Below are positions 8,710 through 18,508 of a DNA stretch of 64,000 nt, in pieces. Under the pieces are notes generated by a model that saw nothing but the letters and a program-made list of their open reading frames with translations, did not search any database and was not told the origin of the DNA. Position numbers and translations under genes: made by a program. The DNA is taken from the UHGV virus genome UHGV-0291501. The stretch is one strand, 5' to 3'. This stretch comes from a virus. The stretch's first letter is position 1, and each line of letters opens with the position of its first letter.

Positions 8710-10491
8710 TTAAAGCTGCTTGTCAATATTATTTCGAATATCACCAAGAGTTGTGTAGCCGAACTGCTCAGAGTCACTAAAGACTAGACGTAAAGCACAA
8801 GCTGGATGTTCAAGTGCATCTGCAAAGCTCTGGAACCCATAGCCATCTACAGCTTTCAGATTTTCACCATCCCACATAGGTGCTACACCACCAAAAGCAG
8901 ACTTCTTAACACCACTATCTGTTTTAGGGTCTTTTGCAAGCATAATCTCTTTACCACCAATGCTTGCAAGGGTTGCTTTGACAGCAAATGCAAAGGTGTC
9001 ACGAGTCATGTACTGGTAAGTGTAAGAACCTACACCAAACACTACGTTAGAGCTTGCAAAACCCATTTCATACAAACGCTTCAGTATTTCATTTGCACGT
9101 TCCAACGTGATAGAGTCGCCATAAATAAGTCCAATATGCTCATCCAGTACCTTAAAACCTTTAGAGTTAATAGTTCCCCCAAAGATGTTATACAGTGTCT
9201 TGATAGCTCCATCAATCTCAGCTACAGGACGTGTTACAACGTTTGCAGAACCAACCATATAAGCATTTTTCAACATCACTGTATCAGCAACTTCAAAGTC
9301 TTCTCTGTCAACAACCATCTCGTAGCCTTCTGACAGTAGCCATCCAGCAATACCATAGTTGATGTTCTCAAGCTTCATGTTCAGAACAGCATTCAACATT
9401 GTGTCACTGGCTTCCAGCTTGCTTAGGTGCTCGTAATAAGCCTTCTTAGCACATTCTAAGTGGATTGCTTTATAACCTGTGACAATATGTACAGGGTCTC
9501 CAGAGTCAGGGCGAATTACCAGTTTGCCATCACGTTCCATAATTTCTTTACGAAGTGCTGGTAAGATTTCTGACACAGTTCTCCAGAAGTTATAAGTATC
9601 TGAAACAATGCTTGCAATACCTGTTGGGTAAGTTTCTGTTAAGAAACGACGGAAGGTTTGTAACTCACCTTTAAAGCGTCTTTCTTCTTCAATCAACTCA
9701 TTACCACCTTCCCAAGCAATGTTTGCACACATTACAGAGTGCTCAGTGGCTGGTACAGAACTACCAATATCAGAGATTGGGTAGGACTGTCCATAGATTC
9801 GTTTAGCCGTGTATACAGCAGGGAAGCTATCAGTCCCTTTAAAGCTGGTTAAGTGACCTACAGCGTTAAATGCGTCATCAGTAAAGCCGGACATACCACG
9901 CATAGCAAAATCATGGCACTGATAAGGTAAATGTAAGTCATTGTCACAAGTAAGGTCAGCCCACTTCTTACAGATGCGTTTGTAATGCAATGCAATAGTT
10001 GCAATGGTGCAAGCCTTCCAAATTTCAGCAGAGAAAGCATCTTCCAGATAACCTGCTACCCAATGAAAACCTGAAACAGTGTTCTGAAAGACAATCATCG
10101 GGACACGCATTGGAACAACTGTGCCTTCTTCTACAGCGTATACTTCAACTGGTAGATAACCTAAGTCGTGAAGTGCTTCCCAATGCTCTCGACCGATAGC
10201 ATCTTTACCCAGAACACCATTCATGACTTCTAAGATTTCATCAATGGCTTCTTTTTTATCACGTTCAAAGAAAGTGGCATTCCAGTGGTCTATCAAGTAA
10301 TCTTTAACAAAACGTTGAATACCAAAAGCCACTACACCGTCAATTGCTAAGGGGCTGTTAAACCATTTGTCGCTACGTGGTGTCAGATTGAACATCAAGT
10401 ACTCTGTTGCACTAGGGTACTGGTAAACATGACCAGATTTGTAAGCATCTGCGTTTAAACCTGCTGGTACTGCATAAAGTGATTTAGTCAT
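8710..10491 (-). CDS. Nicotinamide phosphoribosyltransferase family protein (NadV-like; may be the NARP1 enzyme Namat)
   Basis: 593 aa; N-terminal DAYKSGHVYQYP matches the NAMPT signature; adjacent to a Prs-like gene. Confidence 0.8.
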   Translation of the reverse strand: MTKSLYAVPAGLNADAYKSGHVYQYPSATEYLMFNLTPRSDKWFNSPLAIDGVVAFGIQRFVKDYLIDHWNATFFERDKKEAIDEILEVMNGVLGKDAIGREHWEALHDLGYLPVEVYAVEEGTVVPMRVPMIVFQNTVSGFHWVAGYLEDAFSAEIWKACTIATIALHYKRICKKWADLTCDNDLHLPYQCHDFAMRGMSGFTDDAFNAVGHLTSFKGTDSFPAVYTAKRIYGQSYPISDIGSSVPATEHSVMCANIAWEGGNELIEEERRFKGELQTFRRFLTETYPTGIASIVSDTYNFWRTVSEILPALRKEIMERDGKLVIRPDSGDPVHIVTGYKAIHLECAKKAYYEHLSKLEASDTMLNAVLNMKLENINYGIAGWLLSEGYEMVVDREDFEVADTVMLKNAYMVGSANVVTRPVAEIDGAIKTLYNIFGGTINSKGFKVLDEHIGLIYGDSITLERANEILKRLYEMGFASSNVVFGVGSYTYQYMTRDTFAFAVKATLASIGGKEIMLAKDPKTDSGVKKSAFGGVAPMWDGENLKAVDGYGFQSFADALEHPACALRLVFSDSEQFGYTTLGDIRNNIDKQL

Positions 10492-10502
10492 CTTTTAATC
10501 TC

Positions 10503-10527
10503 TCTCAAAATGGGGCTTTCAAGCCCC
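10503..10527 (-). terminator. Rho-independent terminator (weak U tract)
   Basis: Hairpin ggggct-ttca-agcccc followed on minus strand by AUUUUGAGA. Confidence 0.45.
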
Positions 10528-10536
10528 TATAAACTT

Positions 10537-11433
10537 TCAATCAAGGTTTGCTACAGTAACTTGACCATAATGTGTTAAGCCACGGTCTTTAGCTTCGCCT
10601 AAAGAGTTTGTAGTGTAAATATGGTCGATACCGTTGTCAAGAAGGTTTTCAACACCTTTAGAGAAGATACCATGTGTTACATAAAGCTCTACACGTTTTG
10701 CACCTGCTTCACGTAGGTGTTTAGCTGCCTCTACGAAGGTTCGACCACCATCACAGATATCATCAAGAATCATGACGGTTTTATCGGTCAAATCAACATC
10801 GTCAAGGATTCGCATACCAGTGATTTCTCCAGTCTTAAGATTGCGCACCTTAGACATTGTGATATATGGTTTATCCACCTCTTTAGCAGTCTCTGCAATC
10901 TTCTTAGCAGCACCTGCATCTGGGGCTACTAAGTAATCAATCAGTGGGTCATTTGCGTAGTGAACTGCAATCTCCTTTTGAGGAATACTCTGGAAGCAGT
11001 TAAACAGGTTATCTGGAACGTAACTGTGAGGGTCAACTGCACAGACTGCACCAAATCCCATTGCATTTACCTGTTTAGCAAAAACCTTTAAAGCTGCTGC
11101 GTCGCCTTTAAACATGTGACGGTCATAACGTGCATTTGGTAAGTAGTAAAAGATGACAGTCTTTAAAGCATAATCATGAGGAATTAAATCATCAATTGCT
11201 TCTTTAGCAAGTGCCACAGCAAACAATGTATCCTTATCATAACCTTTTACAATCATAATCACATTGTTGATGGATGATGCTGCATAAGCAGTGAAATCAA
11301 CAAACTCTGGCGAAAAGTGTCCACCAATCTCACCAGAAGGAAATTGGATGATGTTAAACTCTTCTTCATGAGTTCCTTTAGTTGGTGAATGAACTGTAAC
11401 ACGGATAGATGTTTTCATAGTTTTCTCTCTCAA
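10537..11433 (-). CDS. Ribose-phosphate pyrophosphokinase family protein (Prs-like; may be the NARP1 enzyme Adps)
   Basis: 298 aa; PRPP-binding-type motif MILDDICDGGRT; directly upstream of the NAMPT-like gene in the same operon. Confidence 0.75.
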   Translation of the reverse strand: MREKTMKTSIRVTVHSPTKGTHEEEFNIIQFPSGEIGGHFSPEFVDFTAYAASSINNVIMIVKGYDKDTLFAVALAKEAIDDLIPHDYALKTVIFYYLPNARYDRHMFKGDAAALKVFAKQVNAMGFGAVCAVDPHSYVPDNLFNCFQSIPQKEIAVHYANDPLIDYLVAPDAGAAKKIAETAKEVDKPYITMSKVRNLKTGEITGMRILDDVDLTDKTVMILDDICDGGRTFVEAAKHLREAGAKRVELYVTHGIFSKGVENLLDNGIDHIYTTNSLGEAKDRGLTHYGQVTVANLD

Positions 11434-11708
11434 TCAAAAGTTACGTTTGTTACTGCCATTGCAGATTTGCATTTTGCAGGGTCTACAACGTGATAAAGTA
11501 CACTACAGTTACCTGTGCTGTCTGGTACAGGTTTAACCCATTGTTGCTTGACAGTTGGTTCGCCTAAGTCTTTGTAAGAACCATCTGTAAAGTTGTTTAC
11601 CATCTCAAGTGCAATTGGCTCTGGAACATGACCACGTATCATGTACATTTCACAACCATTACCTCCTTCACTGACTAATGGTAAAATCTCCCACTTTTCT
11701 TTAGCCAT
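11430..11708 (-). CDS. Hypothetical protein
   Basis: 92-aa ORF; ATGA overlap with Prs-like gene. Confidence 0.45.
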   Translation of the reverse strand: MAKEKWEILPLVSEGGNGCEMYMIRGHVPEPIALEMVNNFTDGSYKDLGEPTVKQQWVKPVPDSTGNCSVLYHVVDPAKCKSAMAVTNVTFD

Positions 11709-12216
11709 TATAAGTTGCCCTATAAACTGTCTCGAACTTCAACAGGAGAGATATTGCCAAATCTGTATAGTTGTTGTCAAGCACATCTGGCATATTATTT
11801 TTGATATATTTCTCTTGCTCTTCATAGGTCATCTTAGGGATACTTAGGAGGCTATCTCCTTGCTTCTGGTTATCAGTTTTAGTTTGGATAAACCAGTTCG
11901 CACAGTGATGTTCACCACCTTTTGTAACAGGTTTGTGGTGGCCTAGTGTAAATGTTTGCTTACCCGTATACCTGCAAAGATTGTTCAGTGTTGCAATGGT
12001 GTTCTTCACAACACACCATTCATACAGGTTATCTATTGTGTAGTGTGGGTAATAACGGACAAGTGCTCTTTCACGGAAGTTATCACGATTCCAAAGAACC
12101 ATGTGATTAGAATTTGAAGGGTCATATTTGTGGGAGTCTATAAACTCTTGACGCTCATCAAAGCTGAGTCTTAGAACTGACATTGCAACCGAACGTTTCA
12201 GGTTTGACAGATACAT
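11701..12216 (-). CDS. Hypothetical protein (weak HNH-like His cluster)
   Basis: 171 aa; LGHHKPVTKGGEHHCANW vaguely resembles an HNH core but lacks the Cys ligands. Confidence 0.4.
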   Translation of the reverse strand: MYLSNLKRSVAMSVLRLSFDERQEFIDSHKYDPSNSNHMVLWNRDNFRERALVRYYPHYTIDNLYEWCVVKNTIATLNNLCRYTGKQTFTLGHHKPVTKGGEHHCANWFIQTKTDNQKQGDSLLSIPKMTYEEQEKYIKNNMPDVLDNNYTDLAISLLLKFETVYRATYNG

Positions 12217-12267
12217 TTTACCTCCAAAATAAAAAGGGAACCTTTACAGTCCCCTTATAGTATCTGT

Positions 12268-12588
12268 TTACTGAGCTACTTTCAAGATGCTTGTGAATGA
12301 AATATCACTCTCATCCATAAACTCTTTTGCTTCTCCAGTAACTTTCACAAAGTTATCTAGGCAGATAATCTTCTTATCTTTCTTGCTGTAGGTTAGCTTA
12401 ACCTTTTCAATATCTTTCTTAGAGCTTTTCTCTTCATTAAAGAGTTTTACAGCTTCTTTGAATGGGAGGTATGAGCCATCATCATCGCTAATAAAACCTG
12501 TACCACAATAGTAGAAGTTGTATTCTTTAGCCATAAACTGGCACAGTACGAAAATCTGTAATTTACGAGTGTTATAAACTTTGCTCAT
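12268..12588 (-). CDS. Hypothetical protein
   Basis: 106-aa ORF; no motif. Confidence 0.45.
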   Translation of the reverse strand: MSKVYNTRKLQIFVLCQFMAKEYNFYYCGTGFISDDDGSYLPFKEAVKLFNEEKSSKKDIEKVKLTYSKKDKKIICLDNFVKVTGEAKEFMDESDISFTSILKVAQ

Positions 12589-12590
12589 GG

Positions 12591-12857
12591 TTATTTAACC
12601 TTCTTGTTACGTTTACGGTTACGAGCTTTCTTAGCTGCTCGTTTAATAGCTGCTGCACCAGATTGGCGGTGGGCTTGTTTCTTACCACCTTTACCACGTC
12701 CTACGTAGATGTAAGGATGCTGTTCAATTTGGCTTGCAAGAACCTGTGCAACCGCTGAAGCATCTACACCGACCTGCTTTCCAGTCATAGAAACAATTGC
12801 TGCTGCTTTTTCCAGTGCCTTCAAGAATCCAGCTTTCATATTACCTAAAATTCCCAT
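12591..12857 (-). CDS. Hypothetical protein with highly basic C-terminus
   Basis: 88 aa ending KRAAKKARNRKRNKKVK; possible nucleic-acid binding. Confidence 0.45.
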   Translation of the reverse strand: MGILGNMKAGFLKALEKAAAIVSMTGKQVGVDASAVAQVLASQIEQHPYIYVGRGKGGKKQAHRQSGAAAIKRAAKKARNRKRNKKVK

Positions 12858-12953
12858 TTTTAGTCTCTCTCATTAAAGTTTAATACAGAACTTATGAAGT
12901 TCTTCTTCAGTGATACCAATTGGAGTTATACCTTAGTCCATTTGCCAGAATAA

Positions 12954-13439
12954 TCACTCTGCTCTCCACTGACAATCACCTTGCCATCCGTACTCTTTTC
13001 TCCAGAGGTTTTGGTTATCTGAACCACGATACGGTTTAACTGTTGGTTTAGATGAATCATACTTACCATCAATCACCACGTCAACATATTTCATCACATC
13101 AAGGTGAATTTTTTCATGTAACTGAAAACCTGTCCAGAGCCAGATAGATTTTTCTGGGTAAACGGTTTTAATACGTTTGCATATGTTGGTAACCTCTTGA
13201 ATGTTTCTATCATCCAGAGGTTCTCCACCAAGTATTGACAGCCCACTGATGGCATTATCATCCATTAACTTAATGATGCCATAAAGGTTTGCATAAGTGA
13301 ACTCTTTACCAGCATTAAACTTCCAAGATTCCTTATTAAAGCAACCTTCACAGTGATGCTTACAACCAGCTACGAAGAGGCTTACACGAACCCCTTCACC
13401 ATTAGCTGTGTCAAATGGTCGAATCTCCATGTAATTCAT
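12954..13439 (-). CDS. nrdG: Anaerobic ribonucleotide reductase activating protein (radical SAM)
   Basis: CxxxCxxC radical-SAM motif (CKHHCEGC) near N-terminus; size ~160 aa; in operon with nrdD. Confidence 0.7.
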   Translation of the reverse strand: MNYMEIRPFDTANGEGVRVSLFVAGCKHHCEGCFNKESWKFNAGKEFTYANLYGIIKLMDDNAISGLSILGGEPLDDRNIQEVTNICKRIKTVYPEKSIWLWTGFQLHEKIHLDVMKYVDVVIDGKYDSSKPTVKPYRGSDNQNLWRKEYGWQGDCQWRAE

Positions 13440-13448
13440 CTAGTTACC

Positions 13449-13748
13449 TCACCAATACATATAAGTGTTCTTAGCGGCTTTCTTTGGAGACTTGCTATCA
13501 ATATCAAAATCTTCATCTAAGAAGGATGTCTTAGAAAGCTGCCTTATTTGTGTTCTTGTAAGACGTTTAGTGGCCTTCTTAATCTCTCTACAAGGCTGGC
13601 TTGTGAAGTCGTAAGAGCCACCTTTTCTGGACATCATATCAGAATGGAAGTAGACATCTGAAGCATTTTCTCTGTTACGTACCTCATTTCTCCACTCATA
13701 GAGTCCATGAACGTTCTTTAAACCTTTTCTTCGAATTGTTTTACTCAT
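13449..13748 (-). CDS. Hypothetical protein
   Basis: 99-aa ORF; no motif. Confidence 0.45.
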   Translation of the reverse strand: MSKTIRRKGLKNVHGLYEWRNEVRNRENASDVYFHSDMMSRKGGSYDFTSQPCREIKKATKRLTRTQIRQLSKTSFLDEDFDIDSKSPKKAAKNTYMYW

Positions 13749-14140
13749 TCAAACACCACCTGACAAGGAACCTGTTTAGTAATAAATCCTTCGCAGTGTT
13801 CTTTAATGAAGTTTTGTAATGGCACACAATCTTGTGCACAAGTCATTAGTATAATGTACTCTGGATTCATAATGTTTTCAAGAGTGTAGAAGACAACATC
13901 GTTAGATAATTCATGACCGTCTTCTTCAGACCAAGTTCCAGAGACTACAGCTAATTTGTCAAGCAATTCATTAGGTAACGCTACACCATCTTCTACGGAA
14001 TCACTTAGAACGTTGTCGCTGAGGTACAATGTGAAGGTCGTATGGAATGTTGAATATCTTACGTGATTCTTTTCGCAAGAGCCACACTCTGAGGCATAAT
14101 CTTTAATCCACTCTAACTGTTTTTTGTTCAACTTAATCAT
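13745..14140 (-). CDS. Hypothetical protein
   Basis: 131-aa ORF; ATGA overlaps on both sides. Confidence 0.45.
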   Translation of the reverse strand: MIKLNKKQLEWIKDYASECGSCEKNHVRYSTFHTTFTLYLSDNVLSDSVEDGVALPNELLDKLAVVSGTWSEEDGHELSNDVVFYTLENIMNPEYIILMTCAQDCVPLQNFIKEHCEGFITKQVPCQVVFE

Positions 14141-14337
14141 AATTTCACCTTAGTTGGCAATGCACTGAATGCTATGACTAACCCTAAAAATGGTTTGAAG
14201 CATGACCATAAATCCATCTGACCCTGATATGCGAAACTCCATTGTGGGTCTGAAAAACCCCATACCATAACACTAACCCCAAAGAAGAAGATTAGAATGT
14301 GGAGAATGTATATCAACGCTTTTGATATTTTAAACAT
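14137..14337 (-). CDS. Small membrane protein
   Basis: 66 aa with hydrophobic segments (ILHILIFFFGVSVMVWGF). Confidence 0.4.
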   Translation of the reverse strand: MFKISKALIYILHILIFFFGVSVMVWGFSDPQWSFAYQGQMDLWSCFKPFLGLVIAFSALPTKVKL

Positions 14338-14491
14338 TTTAACTTGCCTCTTAATTCACAATAAGAGAGTCCTAAAAAGAACCCTAGTAAGACAGAACCT
14401 ATGAACAACCCAATAATACTCTCTGCCATATCTAACATCCAATAAAAAAGGTGATGTAAGCCTATCAAGACTCACACCACCATGTCAAGTT

Positions 14492-16636
14492 TTACATAGA
14501 AACTCTGTCACGAATCTCAGCGATTTTTGCATCATTCATTCGTGATTCACCTTTAATCTTAGTCCATCCAAGATAACCACACACCCTGTTAATCACAGAG
14601 ATATCATGTGAGTGACAAACTTCACACTCTTCAACATCTGATTTTGGTCTGTTACCACAATGTTCACAGATTGCTAAGTCAAAGTTAAGTCCCTGATAGA
14701 AACCTTTCAACATCCCTCTGGTAATACAGCTTTTAAGTGCTGGTAAGTTTTCTGGGTTAGCTACCCTGACATACTGGATTCTGCCACCTCTACAGATATG
14801 GAAGAATGGCTCTTCTAAGTCCTGCTTCTCAAATGGTGAGATGTCTGCTGCAACATTCATATGGAAACTGTTTGTAAAGTATTCCTTGTCAGAAACACCT
14901 TTGATAACACCAAACATTTCTCTGAACTGTTTTAGCTGAGTTCCACAAAGTGATTCTGCTGGAGTACCATAGACAGCATATAAGAAGCCATCTTCATTTT
15001 TAAACTCTTCAGTTTTCATGTTAATGTATGCCAGAACATCGTATGCAAAACTATAGCTCCCAACTTCATGCAGCCGTTTACCTTCAGCAAGAACAGATAA
15101 CTCATCAAGCGCAGTAACCCCAAAAGAAGCTGTGAAAGACTTCACGATATCCCAACCAACCTTGTCAGTAGGTTTCTTGGTCCCTTTGTACAGACCACCT
15201 TGTGTGAATGCAAGAGGGTTAGAGCTTGCTGGCATATTAGCAATCATTTCGTAGCGTTTCTTGTGGAAGCTGCGAATCATCTCTAGGTACTTGTCAAGCT
15301 CTTTCCAGAAATCTAAACCATTCTCTTTAGAATACTGGTAAATCATTGGTAAGTTCAAAGACACAGCACCAATGTTAGCACGACCAACGTAGAACTCTTC
15401 TCCATTCTCGTTAAGATATGGGGATAAGAAAGCTCTGCAACCCATCGGTGAAATTACCTTGCCAGAACGCTCAAAAGCCTCTGCTACAGCACCATGACCA
15501 GATACGCTTAAGAAATCTGGATACATTGCTTTAGAGCAACACTCAATAGCTTTACTGTACAGTTGGCCTTGACAGATATTCTCATCGTGTCTCTTCTGGT
15601 CATGAATATAAACCAGTTTAGGGAATACAACAGGCTTCTTACTCTTACCTTGTCCATTCATGCGAACATCAAGAATGGTGTTTGCAATCATGTATTGTAG
15701 CCGGTTGTCTTCATTAGACATGTCTGAGTCAAGTAAACCAAATGTTAAAGTTGTGAATGCGAAATCACCACGGCTACAAGGTACAGTGTTCAGTTTCATT
15801 TCAAGTGACTGAAAACCTTGAGTTAATTCAATTTGTAACTGCTCCATTACATAATTGTGGTAATGCTCTTTAGGAATACCATAAGATGATGCTTTCTCAG
15901 CATGATAGCGTAGAGACTTCTTAGCATACGGTACAAGTACCTTATCAATCTCTGCTAAAGTAAAACCACCAAATTGCTGTGCAGTTGCTGAAAGTACTAC
16001 GTCACCAATAACCTGCAACGCTGACAGTACAGATTTAGGTTCACAGTACTCAATGCCGGACATTTCAAAGCCACCTTTTAGTACTTTACCAATGTCAAAC
16101 AGGCAACAGTTAATACCACCAAAAATCAGGTCTCTTAAATCATGGATATAGATAAAGCCTTTCTCAATGGCTTCAAGTTCCTCTGGTGTTAGATGATACT
16201 GTTTAAAGATTTCTTTAGTCAGGTAACCACGGATAATTGAACCTTTCGTAGAAATTAAACTGCTGTCAAAGTTAGCATTTTCACGGTCACCTAAGAAGAG
16301 TGTATCTTTAGTCTTCTGGTAGAGTTCATCCCAATTTTGAGCAACCTCTTTACGGTAATTTCTATATGTTGAGTAAGACTCATAAATCTCGTGATTGACT
16401 TCTGCCAAAGCACCCTCAACAATACTGTGAATATCATTTACCGAAATTAGCAAATTATTCTGCTTAGTGGACTTTACCAGAAGCCTCATAAATGCTGACT
16501 CAAGAGCTTGAGTAACATCTGGTGGAAGCTCTTTATAACCAACTCTGTTAGCTGACTTTGTGACTGCTGCTAAAACTTTTTTGATATCAGGTTCTTCAAG
16601 TGAGCCATTCTTTTTAATAATCTGTACTTTGTTCAT
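14492..16636 (-). CDS. nrdD: Anaerobic ribonucleoside-triphosphate reductase (class III)
   Basis: 714 aa; C-terminal zinc ribbon CEHCGN ... CEVCHSHD and glycyl-radical motif RVCGYLG. Confidence 0.85.
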   Translation of the reverse strand: MNKVQIIKKNGSLEEPDIKKVLAAVTKSANRVGYKELPPDVTQALESAFMRLLVKSTKQNNLLISVNDIHSIVEGALAEVNHEIYESYSTYRNYRKEVAQNWDELYQKTKDTLFLGDRENANFDSSLISTKGSIIRGYLTKEIFKQYHLTPEELEAIEKGFIYIHDLRDLIFGGINCCLFDIGKVLKGGFEMSGIEYCEPKSVLSALQVIGDVVLSATAQQFGGFTLAEIDKVLVPYAKKSLRYHAEKASSYGIPKEHYHNYVMEQLQIELTQGFQSLEMKLNTVPCSRGDFAFTTLTFGLLDSDMSNEDNRLQYMIANTILDVRMNGQGKSKKPVVFPKLVYIHDQKRHDENICQGQLYSKAIECCSKAMYPDFLSVSGHGAVAEAFERSGKVISPMGCRAFLSPYLNENGEEFYVGRANIGAVSLNLPMIYQYSKENGLDFWKELDKYLEMIRSFHKKRYEMIANMPASSNPLAFTQGGLYKGTKKPTDKVGWDIVKSFTASFGVTALDELSVLAEGKRLHEVGSYSFAYDVLAYINMKTEEFKNEDGFLYAVYGTPAESLCGTQLKQFREMFGVIKGVSDKEYFTNSFHMNVAADISPFEKQDLEEPFFHICRGGRIQYVRVANPENLPALKSCITRGMLKGFYQGLNFDLAICEHCGNRPKSDVEECEVCHSHDISVINRVCGYLGWTKIKGESRMNDAKIAEIRDRVSM

Positions 16637-16653
16637 TATTGCCCCTTTACATG

Positions 16654-16676
16654 CTAAAAAGGTCTCCGAAGAGACC
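16654..16676 (-). terminator. Rho-independent terminator
   Basis: Hairpin ggtctc-cgaa-gagacc with minus-strand U5 tract. Confidence 0.6.
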
Positions 16677-16684
16677 CTTTCATT

Positions 16685-16891
16685 TTAAATCTTTTTAGAA
16701 AACTTAGAAACGAGTTTTCTCAGTTTTTCAGTGATGCCTAGCTGTATCTCTAATATTTCAAAGATAACCCATAGTAACATGGCCCCAAACAATGAACCTT
16801 GTTCAAAATCAGTAAATAGGTTAACAATCAGCATACCAATCACAATAGCTGGTGCATCGACAACCAAACCTTCCCAAATGCGTTTAAGCAT
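16685..16891 (-). CDS. Small membrane protein
   Basis: 68 aa with two hydrophobic helices; holin-like topology but no lysis context. Confidence 0.4.
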   Translation of the reverse strand: MLKRIWEGLVVDAPAIVIGMLIVNLFTDFEQGSLFGAMLLWVIFEILEIQLGITEKLRKLVSKFSKKI

Positions 16892-17126
16892 TATTCACCT
16901 CTGCCATAAAATTCTGTAGCGTCCCAACAGGTTTTAGGTTTTGTCCATCAGTTTTCATGATGAATGGCATCTGACGAACTGGCATCTGTGCAATATCCAT
17001 CAGGTCTGACAGTTCATAGTCCTGCCCTAACATTCTCACAACATGGTCAATACCACGAGCTTTTGCAAAATTCTTTGCAGTCTCACACTGAGGGCATCCA
17101 GTTTTGGAGTAAATCACATAAGTCAT
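16884..17126 (-). CDS. nrdH: Glutaredoxin-like protein (NrdH/Grx type)
   Basis: 80 aa with CPQC active-site motif near N-terminus; between nrdB and nrdD. Confidence 0.65.
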   Translation of the reverse strand: MTYVIYSKTGCPQCETAKNFAKARGIDHVVRMLGQDYELSDLMDIAQMPVRQMPFIMKTDGQNLKPVGTLQNFMAEVNNA

Positions 17127-18199
17127 TAAGGAACCTCTAAAAATCCACTATTCAAATCATCTACAACAGTATTCAACAGGTACGCACCGTTCTGTTGCTC
17201 CTGATTAGCATTCTGCTCTTTATCAATTTCCATCTTCTTAATCATATACTTCAAAGGTGGTTCTTTAGGAGCTACAAAATCTCTGGGAATGCCAAACATA
17301 TCATACAGTGGGGCAGCATTATAGTAAACCCACTCATGAAGAAGTTTTGTATTTAAGCCAACTACAGCACGTCCTTCGGAGAAGATATAATACGACCATT
17401 TCTCTTCACTTTCAACTACTTCATCTAAGATTACTTTAATCTCTGGAAGAATTTGTTGAAAAGCTTTCTGCCACTCATCATCTCTTAAAGTTTCTTTTAA
17501 AACTTCAATATCAATCTTGGTGTGAAGGATTTCATCAAGCATAATTTTCTGGACAGCTTGAGCAATACCCTGAAATTTATCCTGAGCATCAAGTGCAAAG
17601 GTACATGCAAAGGATGCCATGAAGGAAATACCTTCAAGTGCAGTCACTGCAAATAGACCTTTTAGAATCACTTTATGGAAGTGTAATGGGTCTTTGTCCA
17701 GAAGTGAGTCACGCACATAACTGAGACGATAGTTTATGCCTTCATCCAGTAATTCTTCAAGAACACGATTCACAGTTTTTAATCGGTCTTGTACAGCAAT
17801 GTTCTGGTTAATCTCATCTAAGATTGTTTCAGGATTTTTAATACACTGTCTTACAATCTCCGAGTAAGTAAGAGCATGTAGGTTTTCAATCTCAGACTGC
17901 TTCATAATTGCAGTTGCATAAATGTCATCAGAGATGAATGGTGCAAAAGCAAACGCTAAACTCTTAGCAACTTGGGTATCTGCTTCCCACTGCCACTTAA
18001 GAATCTCAAGCATTACACCTGACATTGATGCTGGTACACTCTCAAAATCAAGACGTGATTGTTCAAAAGGGAACTCATCTTCTGACCAGTCTTGTGCTTT
18101 TTGTTGTTTATAGAGTTCAAAGATTTTTGGGTAGTGCTTGTTAAGTGAGTCAAATGTCTTTCTCTCACCACCTAAAAAGATTGGGTGTTGGTTAATCAT
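17126..18199 (-). CDS. nrdB: Ribonucleotide reductase small subunit (class I beta)
   Basis: Downstream of nrdA; ferritin-like size. Start placed at ATG 18199 (MINQHP) with aggag RBS rather than the track start at 18259. Confidence 0.7.
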   Translation of the reverse strand: MINQHPIFLGGERKTFDSLNKHYPKIFELYKQQKAQDWSEDEFPFEQSRLDFESVPASMSGVMLEILKWQWEADTQVAKSLAFAFAPFISDDIYATAIMKQSEIENLHALTYSEIVRQCIKNPETILDEINQNIAVQDRLKTVNRVLEELLDEGINYRLSYVRDSLLDKDPLHFHKVILKGLFAVTALEGISFMASFACTFALDAQDKFQGIAQAVQKIMLDEILHTKIDIEVLKETLRDDEWQKAFQQILPEIKVILDEVVESEEKWSYYIFSEGRAVVGLNTKLLHEWVYYNAAPLYDMFGIPRDFVAPKEPPLKYMIKKMEIDKEQNANQEQQNGAYLLNTVVDDLNSGFLEVP

Positions 18200-18453
18200 A
18201 GCGTGATTTCTCCTTTCTTTATCATCTCTAAGGCTTGTTTTCTGTCTAAAACTTCCCAATTTTCTTTGTTAAACATGTCATAAGGTCTTGCATAGATTTT
18301 ACCATCTGCTGTAGAGATGTAAGAGACACCATCGACCCATGAGTCATCATTTTGTTTTATCATCATGTCTGTGCTACTCACATAGTACATCGTTTTCCGA
18401 GGTTTGTGGAACAAGTATATGGGCCATTCGTGATTTGCTATTAAGTCTTTCAT
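18196..18453 (-). CDS. Hypothetical protein
   Basis: Start placed at ATG 18453 (MKDLIANHE) with ggagag RBS; the track start at 18537 would overlap nrdA. Confidence 0.4.
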   Translation of the reverse strand: MKDLIANHEWPIYLFHKPRKTMYYVSSTDMMIKQNDDSWVDGVSYISTADGKIYARPYDMFNKENWEVLDRKQALEMIKKGEITL

Positions 18454-18508
18454 AGTCTCTCCAAAGTTAATTTTAGAGGGTCTTTTACGACCCTCATAGT
18501 TATTAAAA

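Noticed and set aside
8806-9333. Plus-strand ORFs antisense to long minus-strand genes (examples 8806..9333, 46128..46655, 58274..59047, 59555..59995, 63371..63787, 30502..30990 on the opposite strand of the polymerase)
   Set aside because: Each lies entirely within a well-supported gene on the other strand, lacks an RBS and has low-complexity or Cys/Leu-skewed composition typical of antisense frames.
18476-18495. Hairpin gagggtc-ttttac-gaccctc (and a similar one at about 5738-5757) as intrinsic terminators
   Set aside because: Neither is followed by a U tract on either strand; they may be processing or stability elements, so not called as terminators.
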